From: an uncultured Saprospiraceae bacterium | Lineage (GTDB): Bacteria; Bacteroidota; Bacteroidia; Chitinophagales; Saprospiraceae | Direction of reading: 5' to 3' | NCBI GenBank assembly: GCA_937125475.1 | Contig: CAKZLL010000379.1 | Coordinates: 3,372-67,371 of the forward strand | DNA length: 64,000 bases | Shown here: piece by piece, positions 20,343-29,707 of the stretch | How positions within the stretch are numbered: the stretch's first letter is position 1 | Layout: each line of letters starts with the position of its first letter | Translations under genes and position numbers: made by a program | The notes under the pieces: model-generated | Databases searched by the model: none | The model's input: only the letters and a program-made list of their open reading frames with translations | Told to the model about the DNA's origin: nothing

Positions 20343-21674
20343 ATGAAAAAAGGATTTTTACTATTATTATTTACTTTTTGTATTTTTTCTATTCATGCAC
20401 AAATTAATTCTGGGGATGGATTCAGAATTCCAGGAGATTGGAATAGTTTTACAAATAATCATGGGATGGGAGGTGATTTTGATTGTAACTTAATCACTGC
20501 TGGAAATCAAAGATGGCAAACATCCTTTGAATATACTGGTGTAACGGGCGATCAAACATTTAAAATGGCAAGTGGAGGAAGCGGTTCTCCTTGGTTTAAT
20601 CAATGGTATTTCGGAGCAGAGTTCGTTGAAGCAACTGTAACAATGAATACCATAGAGGCTGTTGGTTATACTGTTAATGGAGGGTCATCTAATAGCAAAA
20701 TTAGTGTAACAAATGGAAATTGGTACACTTTCAATTGGGAAGATGAAGGCTATACTGGAACAAATGCTGTATTTATGGAAACATCTGCTGAACCTGTAAC
20801 TGTTGATGCAGTTGCTGGAAATTACCATACTAATGGAGTAGCTGTTACGATCACCGCAACGATTAATAAAGCAAAATCAGCAGAAGAAAAAGTTATCCTT
20901 AGATATACAACAGATGCTTGGGCATCTTCTTCTTTTGTAGAAGCTACTTGTACAGGTATGTCTTGTACCGCTAATATTCCTGCTGGAGATGTAATGGCAG
21001 ATGCCAATCATCAACTATATGTTTTAACTACTACAGTAGGAACTGGAACATTATCTCATATTAATAGTGATATGTACACAATCAACTTAAACAATAATAG
21101 TGGTAGTAATTATACAATAGGAACAGCACCTATTCTACCTGTTCAACTGACTAAATTCACCGCAACACCTCAAAATAATCAAGTTAGCCTTGATTGGCAA
21201 ACTGCTACAGAATTGAACAATAGCCATTTCACTATCGAAAGATCAACTACTGGAAGTGACTTTGAGACAATCGGAACAGTTCAAGGTGTAGGAACTACCG
21301 TTGAAATTCAAAACTATAACTTTATTGATCCTCAACCAGCAAATGGAATGAATTATTACCGTTTGAAGCAGGTAGATTTTAATGGCGATTTCGAATATTC
21401 TGATTTAGCTGTTATTAAATTCCAAACCAAACAAAACATTCAAGTTTTTCCAAATCCTGTTAAAGAACAAATTAATATTCAAGCAGATTTAGGGCAAACC
21501 AATATTTTAATTTATAATATGCAAGGGCAACTCCTTCGAGAAATGAATAATATTTCCATTAATGGACAATTTACCTTCAATTTGAGTGATTTAAATACTG
21601 GACTGTATCAAATTCAAATCCTTGATCCTTCAACAAGAACAATTTTATTACAAGAGCGAATTGTAAAACAATAA
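20343..21674 (+). CDS. Secreted protein of unknown function, T9SS cargo
   Basis: 443 aa; signal peptide; pre-CTD module LPVQLTKFTA...FTIERSTTGSDFETIG...YYRLKQVDFNGDFEYS shared with the frameshifted upstream gene; VFPNPVKEQ...GQLL sorting domain. Confidence 0.75.
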   Translation: MKKGFLLLLFTFCIFSIHAQINSGDGFRIPGDWNSFTNNHGMGGDFDCNLITAGNQRWQTSFEYTGVTGDQTFKMASGGSGSPWFNQWYFGAEFVEATVTMNTIEAVGYTVNGGSSNSKISVTNGNWYTFNWEDEGYTGTNAVFMETSAEPVTVDAVAGNYHTNGVAVTITATINKAKSAEEKVILRYTTDAWASSSFVEATCTGMSCTANIPAGDVMADANHQLYVLTTTVGTGTLSHINSDMYTINLNNNSGSNYTIGTAPILPVQLTKFTATPQNNQVSLDWQTATELNNSHFTIERSTTGSDFETIGTVQGVGTTVEIQNYNFIDPQPANGMNYYRLKQVDFNGDFEYSDLAVIKFQTKQNIQVFPNPVKEQINIQADLGQTNILIYNMQGQLLREMNNISINGQFTFNLSDLNTGLYQIQILDPSTRTILLQERIVKQ

Positions 21675-21723
21675 ATTGATTTTGGAGGTTATTTTTTGAG
21701 ATATAATTTAAAATTAAATCAAA

Positions 21724-21760
21724 TTAGGGGTCGAATGCTTTTTTAGCATCTGACCCCTAA
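21724..21760 (+). terminator. Hairpin downstream of 20343-21674
   Basis: ttaggggtc...gacccctaa stem with an inner atgc/gcat pairing and a T-rich loop. Confidence 0.5.
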
Positions 21761-21779
21761 AATTTATAAAAAAAACACA

Positions 21780-24700
21780 ATGAAGAAACGATTATCTCTA
21801 TTATTAATCGCTATTATTAGTTTTTTCTTTATAAAAGAAGTAAATGCCCAAACTACCGAAAAGCGGGTTATCCTTCAAGCTTTTTGGTGGGATTATGCCA
21901 ATACTAACTTTAATGATAGCTGGGCAAATTACCTCACTGAATTAGCTCCTAGACTCAAATCATTAGGGATTGATGCCGTTTGGATTCCACCTATTTATAA
22001 AAACCCAACAACTAATTCAGTCGGTTATTCTCCTTTTGATCATTACGATTTGGGGGACAAATTTCAAAAGGGCAGCACTAGAACACGCGTCGGAACAAAG
22101 GATGAAGTCCTCCGAATGATTGCTGTTTTGCATGCTAATGGTATTGAAGTTATTCAAGACATTGTATTGAATCATGTTGATGGAGCTGGTTCATTAAGTG
22201 GATCAGGTGGGCAAGATCCAGAGGCTAATTATTCAATGTTGTCCAATAATGGATTTAAAAATTTTAGATACGTTTGTTATGAAACGCCTGCGCCTTTGTT
22301 CGGACAAACAACCGCGCAACAATATTGGTCAAGAAAAGGGCGATGGATCAAAAATTATCAAAATTTCCATCCTAATTCCAATCATAATATTCAAAATACC
22401 GACTGGACAGAGCCGTTTTGGGGACCAGATTTGAGCTACGGTTATCAAGAGGATGGAACAGGAAATGGTTTTGGCGAAAGCTCTAATGCCAATTGTTCGA
22501 CTTGTTACAATCCTACTCAAAACTATAATCACAATAGAAATGAAGCCAGAGCATGGTTGAAATGGCTCGTCAAACAAACCGATGTCGATGGCTTTCGATG
22601 GGATGCCGTTAAACATTTTCCGCCTTATGTTGTGCAGGATTTATCCTATAATGTCAAATACCTTAACGATTGGGCTAATAAAAATGAAACGATGCTCAAT
22701 TTTGGCGAATATGTCGGAGGAGGCGCGAGTTTAGACGCTTGGGTCAACGATGTAGCTACTGCTAATGGCGGAAGTGATCGCCTTGCTGGCACAATGGATT
22801 TTGGACTTCGCGGTGCATTCCAAGGAATTGTTGCAGGTGGAGGAAGCTACGATTTGTCACAAGTTACTGGTAATCAACAAAATGAACGCGTTACTTATTA
22901 CGGCACTCCGAATATTTATGTTCATACGACTATCCCTTTTGTTAATAATCATGATACTTATCGACCTCAACTTAGTTCGAATGGAAATATCACAGGCTGG
23001 AATTCAGGTAGTGAACTCGCACCTCATATTGATCCGACTGATCCACGATTGAGCCTCGTTTATGCTTTAAATTTGGCATTGGATGGTAATCCATTAATTT
23101 TTTTCGAGGACTTGTTTAATATTCAAAATACAGGAAAACGCTTCTCTCATCAACCAACGAATACCACAGATCTACCTCACCGAAGTGATCTTGAAAATAT
23201 TATTTGGTGCCATCAAAATCTTAATTTCAAATCTGGACCTTACAAAACACGCGGTCACAGCGGCAATACTGGCGATCACTTATTGATTGAACGTAGCGGA
23301 AATGCAATCATTGGCGCAAATGATAGTTGGTCAAATTGGCAAACAGATTGGATTGATAGTGATTTTCCTCCAGGAACTGTTTTGAAGGATTATGGAAATT
23401 CTGCCAGTAATACGACAACCGTACAAAATGATCAACGCGTTCAAATTTCTACTCCGCCTTGCGATGGTTCGGCTACTCGACGCGGTTATTCAATTTGGGC
23501 ACCTGTCGGGCAAGATGCCAATACCTACACGCCTCCTCGTGATCCCAAAACTACTCAAGAATGGGAAATGGCGAATGATTTGGGAGATAGTCATTGTAGT
23601 TCGTTGGGGCAAGGCGGGCGATTACCTGATAATTCAAAAGCCTTGCGAATCGTAGGTAAGGTATTTTCCGAGGCGAATAAAAAAATGGACATTGAGATTT
23701 ATGGAGAGAATGATGTAAATAGCATTACGTTGTTAATTTATGATTTGGATGGTAATTTATTATACGAAAAAAGTAATCCCTCTCCACTCACTGCCGATTT
23801 CACGCCAACAATGACAGATTGGTATATTTTAAAAGTAAGAAATACAGAGGATACTTATAATGGTCAAAAATGCTGGTTAAAAGTGGCTTATACTGCACCT
23901 AGTATCGTTAATACCGCTCAATATCCGAGTAAATTACGGCTTGCGATTTGGAAAGGTAGTTGGAATACGGATTGGTCAGATTGTCGAAATTGGGAAGAAG
24001 GATTGATGCCTAGCAGTAATCGAGATGCTTTGATTTTAAGTATTGCTTCTAATATGCCAACCATTTCTAATAATCGTTTTTGTAGAAATATCACGCTCCA
24101 AAATGGTACAACAGTAACAATTGATGGCAATAATACGGCTTTTACAATCGTCGGGGATATCATTAGTGAAGGAGGGAATTTTGCTTTCGCTAATGGTTGT
24201 TCTAAAGTTACATTAAAACAAAATTCAAATATACCTACTTCTCAAACAATCACAGGCGATCTTGATTTTTGTCATTTAGCAGTTAATAATATTGATAATT
24301 TGTTATTAAATGGTAATGTAACGATTCATGATGAATTGACATTTATTAAGGGAAAAATAGTTGTAAATAATTTTTCATTAACCTTAAATGAAAATAGTGT
24401 AATTAATGGCGCGAGTGAAAATCGGTATATTATTACTGAAAATATACCTCAATCTAGCGGTTATCTAATCCGTTCCGTTAATACCACGGAAATACTATTT
24501 CCAATTGGAAAAGAAAATTCTTACACACCAATTTCAATTAGTAATGATGCGGCAATTAGTCTTACTAAAGTCCGAGTTTTTGATGATATTTATCAAGCTG
24601 GAAATCAAGGTTTATTGATTGATGGGCTAGATAGCACAGTTCGCACGACATGGGAAGTCATCGACGAATCGGGTAGTCTTGAAGCTAAAATCAAGCTAGG

Positions 24701-25181
24701 ATGGAATGAAAATAATGAAGGAACAAGTTTTGAGGATGCTTCTGCGACAATCATAGGATTTCATGATAATAAATGGACAAAAATAGAATCCGCACAAGTT
24801 TCAAATTCTAAACAAATTTCAAGTAGTTCTTTTATTAAAGATTATTCCTTTTTTGCTATTGCGGATCATCAAATCGCCTTACTTCAAACCTCAACTCCAA
24901 CACCTCCGAACAATTCGGATACAATCACTTATAAAATTTATCCTAATCCTACGAGCCAAACCATAACAATTGAAGCCTTGGGCAATTATGATCCTCAAAA
25001 AGATATTTTTGAAGTGACTGTTTATACTATTGATGGTAAATTAGTTGATCAATTGAGTGGAATTATTAGTAAAGTTAATAATGATTTACATGCTAAATTT
25101 GCCGAACTTCACCGAGGTGTTTATGTTTTGGATATTTTATACAATAATCAAAAAACACAATTAAAAATAATCAAAGAATAG
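21780..25181 (+). CDS. GH13 alpha-amylase family protein with long C-terminal extension, T9SS cargo
   Basis: 1133 aa; GH13 conserved regions DAVWIPP, GFRWDAVKHF, FVNNHDT; C-terminal IYPNPTSQT...GKLV sorting domain. Confidence 0.88.
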   Translation: MKKRLSLLLIAIISFFFIKEVNAQTTEKRVILQAFWWDYANTNFNDSWANYLTELAPRLKSLGIDAVWIPPIYKNPTTNSVGYSPFDHYDLGDKFQKGSTRTRVGTKDEVLRMIAVLHANGIEVIQDIVLNHVDGAGSLSGSGGQDPEANYSMLSNNGFKNFRYVCYETPAPLFGQTTAQQYWSRKGRWIKNYQNFHPNSNHNIQNTDWTEPFWGPDLSYGYQEDGTGNGFGESSNANCSTCYNPTQNYNHNRNEARAWLKWLVKQTDVDGFRWDAVKHFPPYVVQDLSYNVKYLNDWANKNETMLNFGEYVGGGASLDAWVNDVATANGGSDRLAGTMDFGLRGAFQGIVAGGGSYDLSQVTGNQQNERVTYYGTPNIYVHTTIPFVNNHDTYRPQLSSNGNITGWNSGSELAPHIDPTDPRLSLVYALNLALDGNPLIFFEDLFNIQNTGKRFSHQPTNTTDLPHRSDLENIIWCHQNLNFKSGPYKTRGHSGNTGDHLLIERSGNAIIGANDSWSNWQTDWIDSDFPPGTVLKDYGNSASNTTTVQNDQRVQISTPPCDGSATRRGYSIWAPVGQDANTYTPPRDPKTTQEWEMANDLGDSHCSSLGQGGRLPDNSKALRIVGKVFSEANKKMDIEIYGENDVNSITLLIYDLDGNLLYEKSNPSPLTADFTPTMTDWYILKVRNTEDTYNGQKCWLKVAYTAPSIVNTAQYPSKLRLAIWKGSWNTDWSDCRNWEEGLMPSSNRDALILSIASNMPTISNNRFCRNITLQNGTTVTIDGNNTAFTIVGDIISEGGNFAFANGCSKVTLKQNSNIPTSQTITGDLDFCHLAVNNIDNLLLNGNVTIHDELTFIKGKIVVNNFSLTLNENSVINGASENRYIITENIPQSSGYLIRSVNTTEILFPIGKENSYTPISISNDAAISLTKVRVFDDIYQAGNQGLLIDGLDSTVRTTWEVIDESGSLEAKIKLGWNENNEGTSFEDASATIIGFHDNKWTKIESAQVSNSKQISSSSFIKDYSFFAIADHQIALLQTSTPTPPNNSDTITYKIYPNPTSQTITIEALGNYDPQKDIFEVTVYTIDGKLVDQLSGIISKVNNDLHAKFAELHRGVYVLDILYNNQKTQLKIIKE

Positions 25182-25198
25182 ATTTGCAATAAAATAAA

Positions 25199-26650
25199 AT
25201 GAGAGAAAAAATACAGGCATTAGAGGCAAGAGCGCGTCAATTTGAGCAAGGAAGGGCCAAAAGAAAAGAATGGCGGGATGCAGTGATTGAATACAGTGAT
25301 GAGTTTATTGATGGACTTTCGGAAGGTAGGGCTTACAACGAATACACGGTTGAAGGCCTCGCAAAACATCCTTTTGAAATAGAATCAACAAGCGCAGAAA
25401 TTGACGAAGTACTAGAGGAAATCAAAACGTGGATCGACAAACCAGGATTGAATGCAGCTTCGGGCGGACACATCGGTTATATTCCAGGAGGTGGTTTGTA
25501 TCCTGGGGCGTTAGGCGATTATATTGCTGCTTTTATGAACAAATATTCTGGGGTTTATTATGGTGGACCAGGAGCGGTTCGCCTCGAAAATACTTTGGTG
25601 CGTTGGATGTGCGAAATGATCGGTTTTCCTAAAACTGCACTAGGAAATTTGTCTTCGGGCGGTTCACTAGCCACAATGATCGCGGTCGTTACGGCTAGGG
25701 ATTTTAAAAAAATTAATAGCCAAAATATCCGACAATCCGTTATTTACACGACTGTACAAGCGCATCATTGTGTACAAAAAGCCATCCGAATTAGCGGTCT
25801 TGGCGAAGCACAATTAAGATATATTCCAGTAAAAAAAGATTTCAGATTAGATGAAAATGCCTTACAAAAAACCATTGAAACCGACAAAGCAAATGGTTTA
25901 AACCCATTTTTAGTAATCGGAACGGCTGGTACAACCGACACGGGCGTGATTGATCCGCTTGACGCAATCGCCGATATTGCAGAAGCGAATGATCTTTGGT
26001 TTCATGTCGATGGTGCTTATGGCGGTTTTTTCATTTTGGTAGATGAATTAAAGCCATTATTTAAAGGCATCGAACGAGCGGACAGCGTGGTAATTGATCC
26101 GCACAAAGGCTTGTTTTTGCCGTATGGTTTGGGCGCGGTTTTGATTAAAAATGTTGCGGCTATGCATGCTTCTCACCGTTATTTGCCGAGTGAAGCAAAT
26201 TATATGCAAGATAGTTTTTATGTAGATTCTGATCCTTCGCCTGCGGATTTATCGCCAGAATTAACTAAACATTTTCGAGGCATGAGAATGTGGTTGCCGC
26301 TGAAATTATATGGTGTTGATACGTTCAAAGCCGCATTGAAAGAGAAAGCGTATTTGACGAGATATTTTTATGATGAAGTCCAAAAATTAGGTTTTGAAGT
26401 CGGCCCAAATCCGAGCCTTTCCGTTACGACTTATCGTTACGCGCCAGCAGACATGAGCCTCGAAGCCGCGAATGAACTCAATAAAAAATTAGTGGAATTG
26501 ATCCGATTAGATGGTCGGGTGTTTTTGACTTCTACTACGCTTGATGGCGTGTATTGGATTCGAGTGGCGGTTTTGAGTTTTAGAACGCACTTGAAGCATA
26601 TTGATATTATTTTAGAAATGCTTCAAAAAGGAATTGAAGGCATTAAATAA
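25199..26650 (+). CDS. Group II pyridoxal-dependent (aromatic amino acid/glutamate-type) decarboxylase
   Basis: 483 aa; SSGGSLATMIAV, HVDGAYGG and the PLP-lysine motif VIDPHKGLFLPYG. Confidence 0.85.
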   Translation: MREKIQALEARARQFEQGRAKRKEWRDAVIEYSDEFIDGLSEGRAYNEYTVEGLAKHPFEIESTSAEIDEVLEEIKTWIDKPGLNAASGGHIGYIPGGGLYPGALGDYIAAFMNKYSGVYYGGPGAVRLENTLVRWMCEMIGFPKTALGNLSSGGSLATMIAVVTARDFKKINSQNIRQSVIYTTVQAHHCVQKAIRISGLGEAQLRYIPVKKDFRLDENALQKTIETDKANGLNPFLVIGTAGTTDTGVIDPLDAIADIAEANDLWFHVDGAYGGFFILVDELKPLFKGIERADSVVIDPHKGLFLPYGLGAVLIKNVAAMHASHRYLPSEANYMQDSFYVDSDPSPADLSPELTKHFRGMRMWLPLKLYGVDTFKAALKEKAYLTRYFYDEVQKLGFEVGPNPSLSVTTYRYAPADMSLEAANELNKKLVELIRLDGRVFLTSTTLDGVYWIRVAVLSFRTHLKHIDIILEMLQKGIEGIK

Positions 26651-26705
26651 AAAACAGATTAAAACAATATTGTTTCAAATTACTTTATTAGGATGATTTT
26701 TTTTA

Positions 26706-26713
26706 TACTTTTG
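26706..26713 (+). promoter_or_regulatory. Candidate Bacteroidota -7 promoter box (TAnnTTTG) for the R-M operon
   Basis: TACTTTTG lies 22 nt upstream of the methyltransferase ATG; motif match only. Confidence 0.35.
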
Positions 26714-26735
26714 TTTGTACAATAAAAATTAAAAC

Positions 26736-27794
26736 ATGAAAATAGTCTCTTTTTTCGCAGGTGCAGGAGGTTTAGACCTTGGCTTTGAAAAAGCTGGGTT
26801 TGACGTAGTTTGGGCAAATGAATACGATAAAGAGATTTGGACAACTTATAAAAAAAATCATCCTAATACTATTTTAGACCAACGAAGTATTACTAAGATA
26901 GAAGCGGGTGAAGTTCCTGATTGTGATGGAATTATCGGAGGTCCACCCTGTCAAAGTTGGAGTGAAGCAGGTGCTTTGCGCGGACTAAAAGATAAAAGAG
27001 GGCAATTATTTTTTGATTTTATTAGAATTTTAGAAGCTAAACAGCCTAAGTTTTTCTTAGCTGAAAATGTGAGTGGAATGCTTTCTTCTCGCCATAGCGA
27101 AGCATTAAAAAACATCAAGGAAATGTTCAAAAATGCAGGAAGTGGCTATGAATTGTCTTTCAAGCTCCTAAATGCATCGGATTATAATGTGCCGCAAGAT
27201 CGAAAACGAGTGTTTTTTATTGGTATTCGCAAAGATTTGGGATTTCAGTTTCAATTTCCATTAGTGAAGTATGACAAAATAAATTTGCAAGAAGCAATTA
27301 GCGATTTAGTTGATAATTCACTTCCAGCAAAAGAAAAAAATTACTCGAACACAAATGCTTGTCTTATCCCTAATCATGAATATATGACTGGCGGTTTTTC
27401 GACTATGTATATGTCCCGAAATCGGGTAAGAAGTTGGGACGAACAGTCTTTCACAATTCAAGCTGGCGGAAGGCACGCACCTATTCATCCACAAGCTCCG
27501 AAGATGAAATTAGTCTCAGTCAATAAAAGAATTTTCATACCAGAAAAAGAGCATTTGTATCGAAGGTTAAGTGTAAGGGAATGTGCTAGAATTCAGACTT
27601 TTCCAGATGATTTTATTTTTCATTACAATAAAGTTGCCGCAGGTTATAAAATGATTGGAAATGCTGTTCCTGTTAATTTGGCTAAGTTTTTAGCGGAAAA
27701 CATCAAGCATCAAATTGAAAAACAAGCTAAGAAAAATCATCATTATTCCGAAAAATTAAACGAAAATCACCCACAAGAATACATACAAATATGA
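26736..27794 (+). CDS. DNA (cytosine-5)-methyltransferase, M.HaeIII/M.NgoPII-like (probable GGCC specificity)
   Basis: 352 aa; motif I FFAGAGGLDLGF, motif IV GGPPCQSWS, ENV, QDRKRVFFIG, GNAVPV. The variable region (PNHEY..MSRNRVRSW.E.SFTIQAGGRHAPIHPQAPKM) matches my recollection of M.HaeIII. Confidence 0.93.
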   Translation: MKIVSFFAGAGGLDLGFEKAGFDVVWANEYDKEIWTTYKKNHPNTILDQRSITKIEAGEVPDCDGIIGGPPCQSWSEAGALRGLKDKRGQLFFDFIRILEAKQPKFFLAENVSGMLSSRHSEALKNIKEMFKNAGSGYELSFKLLNASDYNVPQDRKRVFFIGIRKDLGFQFQFPLVKYDKINLQEAISDLVDNSLPAKEKNYSNTNACLIPNHEYMTGGFSTMYMSRNRVRSWDEQSFTIQAGGRHAPIHPQAPKMKLVSVNKRIFIPEKEHLYRRLSVRECARIQTFPDDFIFHYNKVAAGYKMIGNAVPVNLAKFLAENIKHQIEKQAKKNHHYSEKLNENHPQEYIQI

Positions 27795-28636
27795 CCAATA
27801 TCTTAGAAGCTATTTATAATCTTACTCAATTAACTAATCTCGAAGTAAAGGAATTTACGGAAGGTAATAATCGGGTATTAAATGTTGGTGAAGGTTTAGA
27901 AATTTTTGTAAAAAATGCTTTTGCTAATACCTTTAATATTTCAGATAAAAAAGACCGATTAAAACAATTCAACGAACATTTTTCTTATCAAGGTAGTAAA
28001 AGAACACCGCCAGATTTGATGTTAAAAGGCGGTGATGCAATTGAAGTAAAAAAAGTCGAAAATCTTAATTCTGAACTTCAACTGAATAGTTCATATCCTA
28101 AAGCGAAGTTATTTTCAGATAGCAAATTGATTAATAATCATTGCCGAAATTGCGAAGATTGGACAGAAAAAGACATTATTTATACGATTGGGCACGTTCT
28201 GAAAAAATCTAAAAAATTATCTTCTATCTGGTTTATATATGGTTCAATTTATGCCGCAGATGCTTCGGTTTATACTTCCTTGAAAGATACTTTGACAAAA
28301 AGTATTGAAGATACGCCTAGTATCAATTTCTCTCCAACAAATGAAATCGGTCGAGTAAATTATGTTGATCCATTAAAAATAACCAACCTTCGTATTCGTG
28401 GAATGTGGCTTTTGAAACCGCCTTACAAAGTATTTGATTATTTACATCAATATTCGAGTGAAAAAGAATTTCAATGCATTGCTATTATTCCAATATTAAA
28501 ATACAATAGTTTTGAAAAGGAAAGTCGAGAAAAAATCGAAGCATTGACCGCTCTAACAATAAATAATGAACTGATTCAAGATCCAAATAATCCAGTTAAT
28601 TTGATTGATTGTAAAGTTATTCGATATGAGAGGTAA
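27791..28636 (+). CDS. Type II restriction endonuclease (PD-ExK), cognate of the adjacent methyltransferase
   Basis: 281 aa; its start overlaps the MTase stop by ATGA; PD-(D/E)xK motif readable as P74-D75...E85-V-K87 (TPPDLMLKGGDAIEVKK); the size fits NgoPII-type enzymes. Confidence 0.7.
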   Translation: MTNILEAIYNLTQLTNLEVKEFTEGNNRVLNVGEGLEIFVKNAFANTFNISDKKDRLKQFNEHFSYQGSKRTPPDLMLKGGDAIEVKKVENLNSELQLNSSYPKAKLFSDSKLINNHCRNCEDWTEKDIIYTIGHVLKKSKKLSSIWFIYGSIYAADASVYTSLKDTLTKSIEDTPSINFSPTNEIGRVNYVDPLKITNLRIRGMWLLKPPYKVFDYLHQYSSEKEFQCIAIIPILKYNSFEKESREKIEALTALTINNELIQDPNNPVNLIDCKVIRYER

Positions 28637-28674
28637 GTTCTTTTTATAAAATACCTCCTCTTTTCTCTAAAAAT

Positions 28675-28717
28675 AAAAGCCAACAAATCTGATAAATTTA
28701 GATTTTGTTGGCTTTTT
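28675..28717. terminator. Bidirectional rho-independent terminator
   Basis: aaaagccaacaaatct / agattttgttggctttt stem with T-runs on both strands; ends the R-M operon (+) and is the first terminator downstream of the Cas6-like gene (-). Confidence 0.8.
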
Positions 28718-28946
28718 TATTTTCCTATCCTTTGTCGTAATCCTCATCCGTGTGGTCTACTCATTCCTACCCCCTATTTGGCTTCCTATACTGATAATCA
28801 GCACATAACAATGTGTTTGCTTGTTGCGGGCAAACGCTGTTATTGCAATATGAAGATTTCTGTGATTTTAATGAGCTATATTTAAGTGGGTAAAACTGTG
28901 ACATAAAGTTAAGCGAAATATTCAGAAAAACAAAAATAAACCTTAC

Positions 28947-29621
28947 TTATCGCACTATTCCATATCCCAAACTCACGCCTTTACCTAACCCCACAAAATG
29001 CGGAATAAAAGCATTGGTTTTGAATTTGATTTGAAAAGCTTGTTGCGACATTTTACGAAATTGTGTCCGATATTGCTTTTCGATATCGAGAATAGATACT
29101 TGAACGCGCTCTTCTGGAAATACGCCCATGCCTTTGTAAAATGCAAAAATATGTTTGGTCAGTAGCTTTTCTAAAAAATTAACACGCTCTACCAGCCCAT
29201 CAAGCGCAGAATAAGCTTTGAAATTCTCTGCTCTAGTCAGCGGCATCCAATGACTAACGGTATAAGTAAATTTCTTCTCGTTTTCTACCCGTAATAAAAA
29301 CTCATGAACCTTTAATTCTCTGATCGTGCTTGTATAAATTTTTCCGTTAAGCGACAATTCCCAATTAGGATGAGAAAAGAATTTTTGAACTTCTTCTATG
29401 CCGTTTTCTAAGCAAAGTAACATCGGTCGGTGATGATGTCGCTTGTATTGCAAGAGCGAATATCGGTGATGATAACCGCCTGTTTCAGCTTTATGATTAT
29501 GAAACCATTCATTTTCCCAGCCGACTTTGCCTGCTATCGCGCCACGAAACGCGCTTAACTCCCTAGCTGTAATGGTTTCTTCAAATATAACATTTAATAC
29601 ACGAATATTTTTTTCGGTCAT
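28947..29621 (-). CDS. Orphan Cas6/RAMP-like protein
   Basis: 224 aa; C-terminal G-rich loop GLGKGVSLGYGIV (G-h-G-x5-G-h-G) at the position typical of Cas6; N-terminal FRGAIAGKVG; His-rich patches; no CRISPR repeats or other cas genes in the window. Confidence 0.55.
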   Translation of the reverse strand: MTEKNIRVLNVIFEETITARELSAFRGAIAGKVGWENEWFHNHKAETGGYHHRYSLLQYKRHHHRPMLLCLENGIEEVQKFFSHPNWELSLNGKIYTSTIRELKVHEFLLRVENEKKFTYTVSHWMPLTRAENFKAYSALDGLVERVNFLEKLLTKHIFAFYKGMGVFPEERVQVSILDIEKQYRTQFRKMSQQAFQIKFKTNAFIPHFVGLGKGVSLGYGIVR

Positions 29622-29707
29622 GTTTTCGTTTTAGTGATTAATAATTGATCCGTATTGATCTGTTGTGAATCTAGGAATATATTTTTAAACTCTAGCTTTC
29701 TATCCCA

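Noticed and set aside
25199-26650. Decarboxylase gene as horizontally acquired because it looks GC-richer than its neighbours
   Set aside because: This is only an impression from reading the sequence. I cannot compute GC or codon statistics here, and the gene has no flanking mobility signatures.
28637-28946. Possible CRISPR array next to the Cas6-like gene
   Set aside because: The region has no direct repeats of 24-40 nt with regular spacing. It holds only a terminator, one interrupted hairpin and TCC/GGA-rich sequence. No array was seen elsewhere in the window either.
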